Positions 1 through 10,697 of a stretch of DNA of 64,000 nt are shown piece by piece. Within the stretch, counting starts at the first letter, position 1. Each line of letters opens with the position of its first letter. The notes beneath the pieces are model-generated. The model had not been told where the DNA came from. It worked only from the letters and a program-made list of their open reading frames with translations, and ran no database searches. The position numbers and the translations under genes are program-made. Origin of the DNA: Cyanobacteriota bacterium (GTDB lineage: Bacteria > Cyanobacteriota > Cyanobacteriia > Thermostichales > Thermostichaceae); assembly GCA_033764955.1 (NCBI GenBank), contig JANRIL010000040.1, forward strand, positions 32,001 to 96,000. Reading direction: 5' to 3'.

Positions 1-144
1 CGTCAGTCCCTGCTGGCGCACATGGCCTTCTGAGTAGCTGGCAAACGCCTGATAAGCCCGCGCCAACTCCCGAATCAGGGGGAGAAATGGCTCCTGTCTG
101 GCTAACGTGGTCGGGGTGGTGTGGGGAGAAGTGGAAGGCGGCAT
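1..144 (-). CDS. MarR-family transcriptional regulator, N-terminal part (runs off the window edge)
   Basis: Manual translation from ATG 144 gives MPPSTSPHTTPTTLARQEPFLPLIRELARAYQAFASYSEGHVRQQGLT, resembling cyanobacterial MarR N-termini; not in the ORF track. Confidence 0.7.
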   Translation of the reverse strand, partial: MPPSTSPHTTPTTLARQEPFLPLIRELARAYQAFASYSEGHVRQQGLT

Positions 145-507
145 GGGCTAGGTTATTGAATGCTTTTGAAGATTTCTTCGGGATGATCGATTGCCTAGAG
201 GCAAGTGTTGATTTTATTGAGTAATTTTCTTTAGTATAGTTCTTATACAAATATATCTCAATCAAATTATTAAACCCAGATGATTGACAAGGGACAGTTT
301 CTCAACTGTGCTAAGGGGAGACGGGAGCGACAAAGGGAGGGAGTTGGTTGCGGCAACATGCGATAATAACGACCTGAAGTCGTGGGCGATGTTTTCCCCC
401 CTTCTCAACCCCTAACTTTTTTCTCCTCTCCACTACCCCTAGGACAGGCATAGAAATAGGCAATCAACAAGGTGGATCCCCAACCATGGCTTGGAGGCAC
501 AAAGCAG

Positions 508-1401
508 ATGATGGTCGAAACGTTCAACCTGACTGACTACCTCGTCACCCGCCAACAATGGGTGGAGCAAGCCCTCTCAGACTCGATTCCGATTGTTTAT
601 CCTGAGCGAATCTACGAATCGATGCGCTACAGCCTACTGGCAGGGGGCAAACGGTTGCGCCCGATTCTTTGTTTGGCCAGTTGTGAGTTGGCACAAGGGG
701 AGATTGCCCAGGCCATGCCCACCGCTTGCGCCCTGGAGATGATCCACACCATGTCCTTAATCCATGACGATCTGCCCAGCATGGATAACGATGACTATCG
801 GCGGGGCAAGCTGACCAACCACAAGGTCTATGGGGAGGACATGGCTATTTTGGCCGGAGATGCCCTCTTGGCCTATGCCTTTCAGTACATCGCGCAACAA
901 ACCCAGAACGTTCCCCCAGAACGAGTCTTAGAGGTGATCGGACGGCTGGGACAGGCGGTGGCTGCTAGTGGATTGGTGGGGGGACAAGTGGTGGATCTCG
1001 AATCGGAAGGCAAGCCGATTTCTCTAGAAACGTTGGAGTTTATCCATACCCACAAAACGGGGGCACTGCTGGAGATTTCGGTGGTGTCAGGATCCATCCT
1101 GGCGGGAGCGGATCTCGATATGATCGAGCGCCTAACAGGGTTTGCCCGCGAGATTGGTTTGGCCTTTCAGATTATTGATGACATTTTGGATATCACCGCC
1201 ACCTCAGAGCAACTGGGAAAAACAGCCGGCAAAGATCAAGCGGTGGCGAAGGCCACGTATCCTAGTTTGTGGGGGTTGGAGTTTTCCCGCCAAAAAGCAG
1301 AGGAGTTAGTGGTTTCCGCTAAACACCGTCTGGATCCCTATGGAGAGAAGGCTCAGCCCTTGTTGGCTCTCGCCGACTACATTACCCATCGCACCCACTA
1401 G
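508..1401 (+). CDS. crtE: Geranylgeranyl diphosphate synthase
   Basis: [48 protein letters not shown] 508 preferred over GTG 472. Confidence 0.95.
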   Translation: MMVETFNLTDYLVTRQQWVEQALSDSIPIVYPERIYESMRYSLLAGGKRLRPILCLASCELAQGEIAQAMPTACALEMIHTMSLIHDDLPSMDNDDYRRGKLTNHKVYGEDMAILAGDALLAYAFQYIAQQTQNVPPERVLEVIGRLGQAVAASGLVGGQVVDLESEGKPISLETLEFIHTHKTGALLEISVVSGSILAGADLDMIERLTGFAREIGLAFQIIDDILDITATSEQLGKTAGKDQAVAKATYPSLWGLEFSRQKAEELVVSAKHRLDPYGEKAQPLLALADYITHRTH

Positions 1402-1472
1402 CGGGTTGCGGTTTTGTCCCCGCCATTTCCCCACCATTGAGGATCCCCTACCTTCTGCCGGAGACATCATGT

Positions 1473-1916
1473 ATGTTGCAACAACTGATGGCTAACCGAG
1501 TACTTTGGACGGCTCTTTTGGCAAGCCTGACGGCTCAACTGCTTAAGCTCTTGTTGGTCTATGGTCGGTCGGGCAGGGTGGATCTGCGGGTGCTGACTCA
1601 AACCGGAGGAATGCCCAGTTCCCATGCGGCGTTGGTCAGTGCCCTAGCTCTGGGAGTCGGGATCCAGGAGGGATGGGACAGCCTACTGTTTGCGGCTAGT
1701 GTGGTTTTTGCTTTGATTGTCATGTATGACGCGGCGGGCATCCGGCAGGCGGCGGGCAAGCAGGCGCGAGTGCTCAATCGCATGATGGATCAGTTGTTTG
1801 AGGAGGACGAGTTTGACGAACCCTATCTCAAAGAATTGCTGGGACATACCCCTTTGCAGGTGGTTGTGGGATCCCTGTTGGGGATTGCCTGTATCCTGGT
1901 GACGTTTCGCTTTTAG
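1473..1916 (+). CDS. Divergent PAP2 family protein (DUF212)
   Basis: TGGMPSSH, VMYDAAGIR and ELLGHTP motifs; usual position downstream of crtE. Confidence 0.9.
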   Translation: MLQQLMANRVLWTALLASLTAQLLKLLLVYGRSGRVDLRVLTQTGGMPSSHAALVSALALGVGIQEGWDSLLFAASVVFALIVMYDAAGIRQAAGKQARVLNRMMDQLFEEDEFDEPYLKELLGHTPLQVVVGSLLGIACILVTFRF

Positions 1917-1973
1917 TTCGCTTGGACTGGGCGAATGCGCTTAACCTGAAATGATCCCCATCTCGCCACCTCT

Positions 1974-2696
1974 ATGTCAGAAGTTTCTCCCGCCCACCTG
2001 CCGCAACTCCCCGCCGATTTATCGGAAGCCCAAGCCCAAGCGATGCAGGCAGCTCAGGCGGCTATCACGGCAGGATATCACCGTCTGCAAATAGAAATTC
2101 TTGCTCCTGATCTCAAGCCGGAGGGGTTGGCGTGGCCGTTTTTGCCGTGGTTGGATCCCCCCGCCACAGTTTTTTTTGGTGATGCTGGGGCAGCGGCTTT
2201 AGCCCAGCGAGATTGGGGAGGATTAGGGATCCCCGCTGCGATCCACGTGCAGGGGCTAAGTGAGCGGAGTTCTCTCCCCCCTGAACAGGCGGCCTTATTT
2301 GTCATGCCCGATTTGACCAGCATTGAAATCGTCGAAAAACTCTGTGAAGGCGTGTCCCGCTACTCAGAACGAGCCGTTATGTTACTTAATCCCCAATTGC
2401 AGGATGTCGCTACGGTGGGAGTAGGGCTGGCGGGGCGGCGCTTACGCCAACGGTTTTTGAGCACTTTTGAACCCTGCTATTATCTGCGCCCCCTAGGATC
2501 CGCCGCCCTCTTCCGTTTTTACCCACACCCTTGGACAGTGTGGCAACAAACCTCTGAAGGAAGTTATCGGCTGCTAGCCAGCCAAACCGATAAACCCAAT
2601 GGTGAGGATCTGGCACGCTACCTAGCTCCGTCAGGAGGGGGGCAGGCGAGGCCCCTCCAGGCTCTCCGCCGCTTCATTCAGGCGTTGCAACGCTGA
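1974..2696 (+). CDS. DUF1995 family protein
   Basis: FFGDAGAAALAQRDW and GVGLAGRRLRQRFLSTFEPCYYLRP. Confidence 0.85.
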   Translation: MSEVSPAHLPQLPADLSEAQAQAMQAAQAAITAGYHRLQIEILAPDLKPEGLAWPFLPWLDPPATVFFGDAGAAALAQRDWGGLGIPAAIHVQGLSERSSLPPEQAALFVMPDLTSIEIVEKLCEGVSRYSERAVMLLNPQLQDVATVGVGLAGRRLRQRFLSTFEPCYYLRPLGSAALFRFYPHPWTVWQQTSEGSYRLLASQTDKPNGEDLARYLAPSGGGQARPLQALRRFIQALQR

Positions 2697-2767
2697 TTTA
2701 CGGGGGATTGAGTGGTGATGAACTGGATTGGCTGAAGATGGGGGAAATCCTGGGATCCCTGAGCGGG

Positions 2768-3367
2768 TTAGAGGCGCAAGCTGCTTTCGAGAGTGAGGGT
2801 AAAAGATTGTCCGGGACGCAGCACCACCACCTGCGGGGCGGTGACATTGCCGGTTACAACCCCCGCCGCTGCTCCTCCGATCACACCCGTAGTGCTCACC
2901 CCACCCGTGAGGATCCCTAGCACCGCTCCCGCCGCCGCACCAATCGCCGCATCTTCAGCAACCGACTGGCTGGAATACTGGCGGGGATCCTTTTCATCGG
3001 GGAGGATCGGAGAACTGGCTCGCATACTGTAGGTGCGGCCATTCACCTGAATCGAGGTTCCCACAAAGCGGGATCCGCCCGTAGCTGGCTCCATTTGGCC
3101 GGAGATGCGACTGCCGATTGGCAAGACTAGCCGCCCATTGGCATCAAAAATATTTTGGGCAACTGTGAGGGTGAGGGGGTAGACGGTATCGGGGCTAAAG
3201 TATTGCGGCTGATTCGCCGAGCTACTGCTGACCGGGATGACGGTTCCCTGTTGCAGTTGTGACGTACCCAAGTTGAATTGCTGCTGAGCAGGTGTTGGGG
3301 GAGCTAGCCAGCATCCACTTCCCCACAGGCTGATGCCCAACCAGAGAGCGGCTGTCCACTTTTGCAT
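2768..3367 (-). CDS. Secreted hypothetical protein with glycine-zipper C-terminus
   Basis: Signal peptide; beta-rich core; AAIGAAAGAVLG...GGAAAG. Confidence 0.65.
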   Translation of the reverse strand: MQKWTAALWLGISLWGSGCWLAPPTPAQQQFNLGTSQLQQGTVIPVSSSSANQPQYFSPDTVYPLTLTVAQNIFDANGRLVLPIGSRISGQMEPATGGSRFVGTSIQVNGRTYSMRASSPILPDEKDPRQYSSQSVAEDAAIGAAAGAVLGILTGGVSTTGVIGGAAAGVVTGNVTAPQVVVLRPGQSFTLTLESSLRL

Positions 3368-3595
3368 GACGGAATCTCCTTGCTGCGACCAGCACGATCA
3401 GCTATCTTATCTATTCCTAATCTAGCTAATGAAACCCTTGGGATCCCTGGCTGGGTTCTTCGGTTTCTAGCTTAGGGAGTTGCGCGAAAGCGTTCTATGC
3501 TGAAAGGGATAGCGGCTGCACTAAGATAGGAGTCTGCCTGTCGGTTCTGCTCAAATAACCCCTTCCTCCCTCCCCGTTGTTGGTGGGATCCCTTC

Positions 3596-4900
3596 ATGTA
3601 TCAACTCATGCTGACCTGGGTCGAGGCGGGTCAACGCCGGAGTCAAGCGATCACCGATCAATATCCCAGTCGCTATCCAGGCAAACTCCGTATGGGTCGG
3701 GATCCCAGTCAATGTGATCTGGTGATCAATGACCCTACCGTGTCGGGGCTGCATGTGGAACTGCAATTTGAACCCGAAAAACGGCGGGTGTATCTCCGCA
3801 ATCTCCGCGAACAAAATCCCCCTCGCCACAACGGTTTGATCGTTAGGGGTGGAAGCATTTTGCGGGAAGGCAGCCAAATTGGTCTCGGCGATGTTGAAAT
3901 CAAGATCTCTGGCTTAAAAATTAAGCCCAGCGTAGCCACCACAGGCTGGAGCGTGATCAGGGGATCCCGTCATTTTGAGGATACCTCCGTCAGTCTCAGC
4001 CAATTGATTCCCATTGTCTCAACAGGGAGTGACCTAACCCAAAAGGGATTTCTGCTGCCTGGGTTATTTACGGTGGTGGTAGTGGTTTCTTTGTTTAGTG
4101 TTTTGGGACACCCGATTTGGTTTAACTTATTGCTAGCTTTTTATATTGGTATTAGCGCCCTTTATTTTATTTATAGCTTGTGTGGGAAATCTAAGCCCTG
4201 GTGGGTTCTATTGGCCTGTGGTTTGGGGATGTTTTTTTTGGTGCTTCCGCCCATTTTTGCCCCTTTTCATGTAATTTTTCGTGAGATCTTACCGGGGGGA
4301 GTTGAGGATCGGGTAGATTTAATTTCTACCTTTGCCAGCTTCTTTTTTGGGGCAGGACTTTTGGAGGAATTGCTCAAGGTGATCCCAGTGTTTATCGCTA
4401 TGGCGATAGGGCGAATCCTACGCTCTCCCTGGCGGGAAAAAGTTGGGGTTTGGGAACCCTTAGACGGTATCTTGTTGGCTTCAGCAACCGCCCTCAGCTT
4501 CACCTGGCTAGAAACCCTAAGTCAATATGTTCCGGGGGTGATTCTGGAGTTTTCTCAGCAGGCAGGGCCAGAAGCAGGAGAATTGCTAGGATTACAAGTG
4601 TTGATCCCACGTATTTTGGGATCGGTAGCGGGGCACATGGCCTATAGTGGCTATCTGGGATATTTTATTGGCTTAAGCGCTTTGAAACCTCGCCAAAGTA
4701 TTTTAATCTTATCCACTGGCTATTTGACGGCATCATTGCTTCATGCACTTTGGAATACTGCCGCCAGTATCAATGCCCTCATGTTGGCTCTTGTCGGAAT
4801 GGTTTCTTATGCTTTTTTGAGCGCTGCCATCCTCAAAGCACGGCAACTTTCACCAGAGAGAGCAGAAAATTTTGCCACTGATTTTTTGCCTCGTCCCTAA
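3596..4900 (+). CDS. FHA-domain PrsW-family intramembrane protease
   Basis: FHA motifs GRDP and VSGLH; multiple TM helices with EELLK, E...Y, H...SG and LHALWN. Confidence 0.9.
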   Translation: MYQLMLTWVEAGQRRSQAITDQYPSRYPGKLRMGRDPSQCDLVINDPTVSGLHVELQFEPEKRRVYLRNLREQNPPRHNGLIVRGGSILREGSQIGLGDVEIKISGLKIKPSVATTGWSVIRGSRHFEDTSVSLSQLIPIVSTGSDLTQKGFLLPGLFTVVVVVSLFSVLGHPIWFNLLLAFYIGISALYFIYSLCGKSKPWWVLLACGLGMFFLVLPPIFAPFHVIFREILPGGVEDRVDLISTFASFFFGAGLLEELLKVIPVFIAMAIGRILRSPWREKVGVWEPLDGILLASATALSFTWLETLSQYVPGVILEFSQQAGPEAGELLGLQVLIPRILGSVAGHMAYSGYLGYFIGLSALKPRQSILILSTGYLTASLLHALWNTAASINALMLALVGMVSYAFLSAAILKARQLSPERAENFATDFLPRP

Positions 4901-4912
4901 AGATTTAAGAGG

Positions 4913-5512
4913 TTAATTGCTATCTAGCGGAATATCTAAAATGGGATAACTTTGCCAATTCTGAGCATCAAAATGCCACCATTCGGTTGCCAATCCCGTA
5001 AACCCGTATTTTTGCATGATGGACTGGAGAAATAGTCGATTGGCTCTGGCTAAGGGTGGGATCCCTGGATAATGGGTGTGGGAATGTTCTGAAAAATCAT
5101 CAAATGCTGTCCCCATATCTAGGGCGAAACCCGTTCCCGAATCGAGAAGAGTTACATCTACAGCACAGGCGCGATTGTGGCGGGATCCCTGTTGAGGATC
5201 GGCAATATAGCGATCATCCGGCAAAAACTCCCACATTTTGCGTTGCACCGAAAGGGGGCGATAGGCATCGTAAACCCGTAGGGATAGCCCTTGGGAAAGC
5301 AAATCCATTTGAACCTGTTTGAGTTGCTGAGCAACGGTAGGGTGGAGCAAAGCACGCGCTACCGGATACAAAACCTGTCCCAAAAAGTTATCGGCGGTGG
5401 CATAACGAATATCAAGATTGATAGTGGGATCCACTTTATCCAGATCCACCAGGCCAAACTCGGTTAAAGAAGAGCCTGTCATGGGAAGCGAAGCGTTGGG
5501 ATGAGCCATCAT
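4913..5512 (-). CDS. ddpX: D-alanyl-D-alanine dipeptidase (M15, VanX-like)
   Basis: DIRYATADNF, YDAYRP, SRHNRACAVD, EWWHFD. Confidence 0.9.
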   Translation of the reverse strand: MMAHPNASLPMTGSSLTEFGLVDLDKVDPTINLDIRYATADNFLGQVLYPVARALLHPTVAQQLKQVQMDLLSQGLSLRVYDAYRPLSVQRKMWEFLPDDRYIADPQQGSRHNRACAVDVTLLDSGTGFALDMGTAFDDFSEHSHTHYPGIPPLARANRLFLQSIMQKYGFTGLATEWWHFDAQNWQSYPILDIPLDSN

Positions 5513-5584
5513 TTGTGTCGCTGGTATGCCAGATGAAGCTGATTATGACAAAATTAGGGGGCTGTTGTGAATGTATTGGCTTTA

Positions 5585-5971
5585 ATGATGTCGGATCTTA
5601 CGCGAGAGAAAACCTATACTGTTCATATTCATGATCGCCAGCACCATTGCCATTATGAAGTGAATGTTCCAGCCCATCGCTACATTTTGATCACAGCAGA
5701 ACAGCAGGGGATCCCTCTACCATTCGCCTGTCGAAATGGGGCTTGTACTACCTGTGCTGTGCGGGTTTGTCGGGGAGAAATTTATCAGCCAGAGGCGATG
5801 GGACTTTCTCCTAAACTGCGTTCTCAAGGCTATGCTCTATTGTGTGTTGGGTTTCCTCGCTCAGATCTGTGGCTAGAAACCCAGGATGAGGATGAAGTCT
5901 ATGAGTTACAGTTTGGTCAATATTTTGGACGGGGATCCACAACAATTGGCCTGCCTTTAGAAGAAGACTAA
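5585..5971 (+). CDS. 2Fe-2S ferredoxin (FdC2/Fed2-like, C-terminal extension)
   Basis: CRNGACTTC...C and QDEDEVYELQFG tail. Confidence 0.9.
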   Translation: MMSDLTREKTYTVHIHDRQHHCHYEVNVPAHRYILITAEQQGIPLPFACRNGACTTCAVRVCRGEIYQPEAMGLSPKLRSQGYALLCVGFPRSDLWLETQDEDEVYELQFGQYFGRGSTTIGLPLEED

Positions 5972-5987
5972 TACTAGAGAATAAGCT

Positions 5988-7784
5988 TTATTCCCCCAAA
6001 ATTTCATTGGCCAGCAAGTCTCCTAATTTCTGCTTGGATCCCTGGTTCTTCCCATCACAAATGCTCCAGCGTCGTCGAAAAAACCGCGCCAACTCTTTCT
6101 CCGCTAACCGGAGGGCAATTGGGCGACCGTGAGGGCAGGTGTGTGGATTATGGCTAACTTGCCAGCGATCAATCAGTTGTTGCATCTGCTGAAGTGTCAA
6201 AGGGATCCCATTTTTGATGGCGGTGCGGCAAGCTGTAGCTACTTGCGCGGCATTTAAGTCAGCACATTCACTCAGTTCAGATAGAGCAATCTTCATGTTG
6301 GCTTCTGAGTCATCGGAGTGCCCAAGGATTTTGGGGATGCGTCGGATTAACCAAATCCCCTCCCCAAAGGGTTCGGGATCCAGATGCAATTGCTCCAGAT
6401 TTTCTAACTGGTTTGCCGTGAGATTTTCTAACAAAATAGGACGGACTAGATCCATCAATTGCCATTGTTTTTGGAGATCTTCATAACGCACCCGCTCATG
6501 CGCCACATGCTGTTCCACCAGCCATAACCCTAGCGAATCTTCCACCAAAATATAGGTGTTTTGCAGTTGAGCCAACACCTTTAGATCCCCCCATGGTTTG
6601 GAGGAACCCGATGGAGAGTTCTCCGATAAAATTGGGTTGCCTGACAACGCTGTTGATGGCACATTCTCGCCAAGATGGGAGGGAAAAAGGGGATCCCTAC
6701 TTTCCTGCCTGAGGGAATTTTGCCAACGATAAAGGCTTTGTTGCTCTTTGGCTCTCAGCCATTGACTGGCTCCTGAAGTGGGTTGAACAAGGGGTAAATC
6801 CTGCAAAATTGCCCTGATTAGCCCCTCTAGGTGGCTTTGATGCTCTGACAAGCCCTCTACATAGACTTCGGTTTTAGCGGGATGGCGATTCCAATCAACT
6901 TGAGAGGGCGGCAACTCAAAAAAAGCCAAACATAGGGGATGGCGATGGCGAGGCAGGGTGTTTTGCAAGCTCTTTTGCATCGTCTGCACGAGAGCGGGCA
7001 CCTGCACAAACCGCCGATTGACCGCTACCCGCAGCCAGTCGGGACGGGGACGATGATAACGATCCGGTAAACCCAGAACCACGGTCAGGGATCCCGACCG
7101 CCTTTCCCCCAGATCACTCCGTTGCAGTCGCGGCAGGATTTGCAGCAAGATATCTGCCGCCGTTTCGCCCGCCCACAAGCTCAAGCTTGGCTGATCATTC
7201 ACCCGCATCTCCCAGCTAATCGCCGGATGGGTGAGGGCGCTCTGTTGGATCACGGCTATCATTTGGCGAATCTCTCGGCTAGACTCAGCCAAGGCAACGC
7301 GGCGGGTTGACCAATCCGCGAATAGATCATGCGCCGTCACTATCGTTCCCCCCGCCAGAGCTGCCGGACGCAGCTCCTGCAAACTTCCCTGCATCCCAAA
7401 GCGAGCCAGCCAGCCATGGGGATCCGGGGCAAAACGGGAGGCAATCTCAAGGCGTGCCACTTGAGCCAGACTGTGCAGTGCTTCCCCCCGAAAGCCAAGG
7501 GTACGGATGGTTTGCTGGGATAAGGGCACATCCGGCAGCAGTTTGCTGGTGGTGTGGGCTAAGACCGTCTGGGGTAGATCCTCGCCAGGGATCCCTTGCC
7601 CGTTATCCGCCACACGGATCCGCCACTGCTCCGGCCAAACCTCCACACTAATTTGACTGGCTGCGGCATCCAGGGCGTTTTCCACCAATTCCCGCACCAC
7701 CGCCCCCCAGGAATCCATCACGACCCCTGCCGCCATCCACTCCACCAGATCGGCAGCGAGTGCCTGAATCGGAGCCGGATTCAC
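5988..7784 (-). CDS. mutL: DNA mismatch repair endonuclease MutL
   Basis: RELVENALDA, DNGQGI, TLGFRGEALHS, EQHVAHERVRYE, ACR, CPHGRP; likely GTG start 7784 preceded by GGTGAGG. Confidence 0.95.
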   Translation of the reverse strand: MNPAPIQALAADLVEWMAAGVVMDSWGAVVRELVENALDAAASQISVEVWPEQWRIRVADNGQGIPGEDLPQTVLAHTTSKLLPDVPLSQQTIRTLGFRGEALHSLAQVARLEIASRFAPDPHGWLARFGMQGSLQELRPAALAGGTIVTAHDLFADWSTRRVALAESSREIRQMIAVIQQSALTHPAISWEMRVNDQPSLSLWAGETAADILLQILPRLQRSDLGERRSGSLTVVLGLPDRYHRPRPDWLRVAVNRRFVQVPALVQTMQKSLQNTLPRHRHPLCLAFFELPPSQVDWNRHPAKTEVYVEGLSEHQSHLEGLIRAILQDLPLVQPTSGASQWLRAKEQQSLYRWQNSLRQESRDPLFPSHLGENVPSTALSGNPILSENSPSGSSKPWGDLKVLAQLQNTYILVEDSLGLWLVEQHVAHERVRYEDLQKQWQLMDLVRPILLENLTANQLENLEQLHLDPEPFGEGIWLIRRIPKILGHSDDSEANMKIALSELSECADLNAAQVATACRTAIKNGIPLTLQQMQQLIDRWQVSHNPHTCPHGRPIALRLAEKELARFFRRRWSICDGKNQGSKQKLGDLLANEILGE

Positions 7785-7880
7785 GACCTCACCACCAGCC
7801 ACTGCCCTTTTGGGATCCCTAGGCAACAAAACGCTACAGTGAAGATAACTTTTTTGTTCAATGTTTCTTCTGAATGACCC

Positions 7881-8729
7881 ATGCGACACCATCTTACTCG
7901 CGCTCTGCAATCCGGCATTCAACAACTGGCGGGTAGCCAACGGCCTTCCCCCGACACCATGGTTTTGCTCTCCAGCCGCGAATTGGAAAAAATGCGGCGG
8001 GTGGGTCGCTTGGCCGCCGATTTGCTTACCTATCTGGAACCCTTAGTCAAGCCCGGTGTCACCACCCTAGAACTCAATAACCAAGCGGAAGCCTGGACGA
8101 AGGATCACGGAGCGATCAGTGCCCCTTTGGGCTATGCCCCCGGCAACGTTCCCCCCTTTCCTAAGTCGATCTGCACCAGTGTCAATGAGGTGGTCTGCCA
8201 CGGCATTCCCAGTCCTAAGCAGATGCTCAAGGCGGGAGATATCCTCAACATTGATGTCACCCTGATTCTGGACGGCTATCACGGCGACACCTCCCGCATG
8301 TTTTTTGTCGGGGATCCCACCCCCCGCACCCAAAAATTGGTGGAGGTTACCTACGAGTGCCTGCACCGGGGTATTGCAGAAGTGAAGCCGGGCGGACGAG
8401 TGGGGGACATTGGAGCTGCTATTCAGTCCTATGCGGAGGGACAAGGATTTTCTGTGGTGCGCGACTTTGTTGGACATGGCATTGGCAAACGTTTCCACAC
8501 CGCTCCGCAAATTCCCCACTACGGTAACCGTGGTCAAGGGGAAAAACTCCGTCCTGGCATGGTTTTTACCATTGAACCTATGATTAACGAGGGCACGTGG
8601 GAAGTAAAAGTCTTGGCTGACAAATGGACAGCGGTCACCAAAGATCGCAAACTCTCTGCTCAAGCCGAGCATACGGTGGCGGTTACCGAAGCAGGCGTTG
8701 AAATTTTAACCCTACCCTCTCAATCCTAG
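7881..8729 (+). CDS. map: Type I methionyl aminopeptidase
   Basis: SVNEVVCHGIP, GYHGDTSR, GHGIG, FTIEPM, SAQAEHT; start may be 7959. Confidence 0.95.
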   Translation: MRHHLTRALQSGIQQLAGSQRPSPDTMVLLSSRELEKMRRVGRLAADLLTYLEPLVKPGVTTLELNNQAEAWTKDHGAISAPLGYAPGNVPPFPKSICTSVNEVVCHGIPSPKQMLKAGDILNIDVTLILDGYHGDTSRMFFVGDPTPRTQKLVEVTYECLHRGIAEVKPGGRVGDIGAAIQSYAEGQGFSVVRDFVGHGIGKRFHTAPQIPHYGNRGQGEKLRPGMVFTIEPMINEGTWEVKVLADKWTAVTKDRKLSAQAEHTVAVTEAGVEILTLPSQS

Positions 8730-8990
8730 AGCTTGATCTTTATATCTTTTTCCCAAAAACTGCTTCAGCTCTCAGCTACGGCTCGTCCGGCTACCGCCAG
8801 AGTCACGTTTGGAACTCCCCCGCATCTTGTCCGTCTTGATCCTCACCTTGAGCAATTTTGGAAAAAGGGCTGACAAGCGTCCCCTTTGTATCTAAAAATT
8901 AAGGGCGGAGTGATCTTGACCAACCCCGCTTCCCTGACAACCCATTTCAACCCTCGCCGCCCCAGCCTTTATCAAGCAAGACGGAGTTTC

Positions 8991-9755
8991 GTGTTGGTTA
9001 ATGCAATCCGGCAATGGTGGAACCGTTATGGACTGAGCTTGTCAATGTCCATCCTCGCTATGGGTTTGGCTCTCGCCATTCGACAGTCTAATGGCAAGGT
9101 GTTGGTGGAATCCTACCGTTGGATGACTGCCCTCTGGCAACCCAGCATCGACCACACCCTGATCATGAGTCAGGCGGCGAATCAAGAACTCCAGGCGCAG
9201 GTGGCTGAACTGCAATACCAAAACCGTGAACTGAAAAAACTACTGGGGTTTAGCGACCAGATTTTGCCGGATGGGCTGCCCGCCCCCGTGATTGGCCGTA
9301 GTGCCGATCATTGGTGGCAGCAACTGACCCTAGCCAGGGGATCCCTGCAACAGGTCAAGCCGGGGGATGTGGTGATGGCTCCGGGTGGGTTGGTCGGACG
9401 AGTTCAGCAGGTTACCCCCCACACCAGTCGCATATTATTGATCAGCGATCCCACCAGTCGAGTAGGGGTGATGGTCAGCCGCAGTCGGCACATGGGCGTC
9501 ATGCGCGGAAGTGGATCCCAGACCGCTATCCTGGAGTTTTTTGATAAAAATCCCAAAGTGGAGGTGGGGGATAATGTTGTCACATCCGGCCTGAGCAGCC
9601 TCTATCCGGCGGGGTTGGTGGTGGGAAAGGTGCGGGCGATTAACCTCGATGCCAGCCCCGCCCCCCAAGCCCAGGTAGACTTGACAGCGCCCCTCGGCCT
9701 TATGGAATGGGGATTGATCTATAGCTATGTTCCAGCACCTACCCTTACCCCTTAG
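8991..9755 (+). CDS. mreC: Rod shape-determining protein MreC
   Basis: N-terminal TM, coiled coil, GLVGRV, VVTSGLSSLYPAGLVVG. Confidence 0.92.
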   Translation: MLVNAIRQWWNRYGLSLSMSILAMGLALAIRQSNGKVLVESYRWMTALWQPSIDHTLIMSQAANQELQAQVAELQYQNRELKKLLGFSDQILPDGLPAPVIGRSADHWWQQLTLARGSLQQVKPGDVVMAPGGLVGRVQQVTPHTSRILLISDPTSRVGVMVSRSRHMGVMRGSGSQTAILEFFDKNPKVEVGDNVVTSGLSSLYPAGLVVGKVRAINLDASPAPQAQVDLTAPLGLMEWGLIYSYVPAPTLTP

Positions 9756-10323
9756 GCAACCCGTGAGCGGGTTGATCACTGCCTTATCCGGCATCCTTGC
9801 CACCCTTGCTCCCTGGATTCGCGGGCCTGGGCTAGAACTGGCCGGACTCACTCCCGACTGGCCGCTGATTTGGGTGGTGGCCTGGAGTGTGCGGCGTAGC
9901 GTTTGGGAGGGAGCGGTGGCTGGGTTAACCCTGGGCTTTTTGCAGGATGCCCTGACCAGCAGCAGACCCACCCATGCCCTAGAACTGGCTATCGTTGGTA
10001 TTCTCACTGCCCGTCTGCAAAAACAACGCTATGTCCAGGAGGATTTTATTTCGGTGGCCTTGATTGTTTTTGGCATGGTTGTGATTGCCGAAACCTTGAT
10101 GGCTCTCCAGTGGACATTGTTTAGCGCTGCCACCCTCAATACCCCCACCCTCTCCAGCCTGGGATCCGAGCTGGGGGATGCTCCCCGTTCCTTGGCGAGT
10201 ATCTGGCTGACCCATCAAAAAAACACCCTGATCTCAGCTATTTTGAGCAGCCTTTGGGCTCCGGTGCTCTATCTGCCCCTCTCCGCCTGCTGGGATCCCC
10301 AGGATGCCAAAAAAGCCAAATAA
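9727..10323 (+). CDS. mreD: Rod shape-determining protein MreD
   Basis: PDWPLIWVVAWS, GFLQDALT, QEDFIS; overlaps the mreC end. Confidence 0.9.
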   Translation: MFQHLPLPLRQPVSGLITALSGILATLAPWIRGPGLELAGLTPDWPLIWVVAWSVRRSVWEGAVAGLTLGFLQDALTSSRPTHALELAIVGILTARLQKQRYVQEDFISVALIVFGMVVIAETLMALQWTLFSAATLNTPTLSSLGSELGDAPRSLASIWLTHQKNTLISAILSSLWAPVLYLPLSACWDPQDAKKAK

Positions 10324-10403
10324 CTTCTGTCAACCCCTGGCTGACCAGGAACGAGGGGATCCCTCTGCCGCTTAAAATAGAGGGTGCTCACGAGGAAGAG
10401 ATC

Positions 10404-10631
10404 ATGCCCCATACGATTGTCACGGAAATTTGCCAAGGCATCGCCGACTGTGTGGCCGCCTGTCCGGTCGCCTGCATTCATCCGGGGGAAGTGCCCAATG
10501 GACAAGGACTAAACTACTACTGGATTGACTATCCCACCTGCATTGATTGCGGCATCTGTCTACAGGTTTGCCCGGTGGAGGGAGCGATTGTGCCAGAGGA
10601 GAAGCCCGAATTACAAAAAAGCCCCCGATAG
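10404..10631 (+). CDS. Small dicluster 4Fe-4S ferredoxin
   Basis: CQGIADCVAACPV and CIDCGICLQVCPV; RBS GAGGAAGAG before ATG 10404. Confidence 0.9.
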   Translation: MPHTIVTEICQGIADCVAACPVACIHPGEVPNGQGLNYYWIDYPTCIDCGICLQVCPVEGAIVPEEKPELQKSPR

Positions 10632-10697
10632 TTTCCCGATAAAGTAGAGAGGGCAAACCACCCGATCCGATTTGTCATTTCTTGGGATCCCCTGATT

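Noticed and set aside
7785..7940. Apparent head-to-head overlap of mutL and map
   Set aside because: MutL homology starts near GTG 7784; the overlap comes from longest-ORF calling
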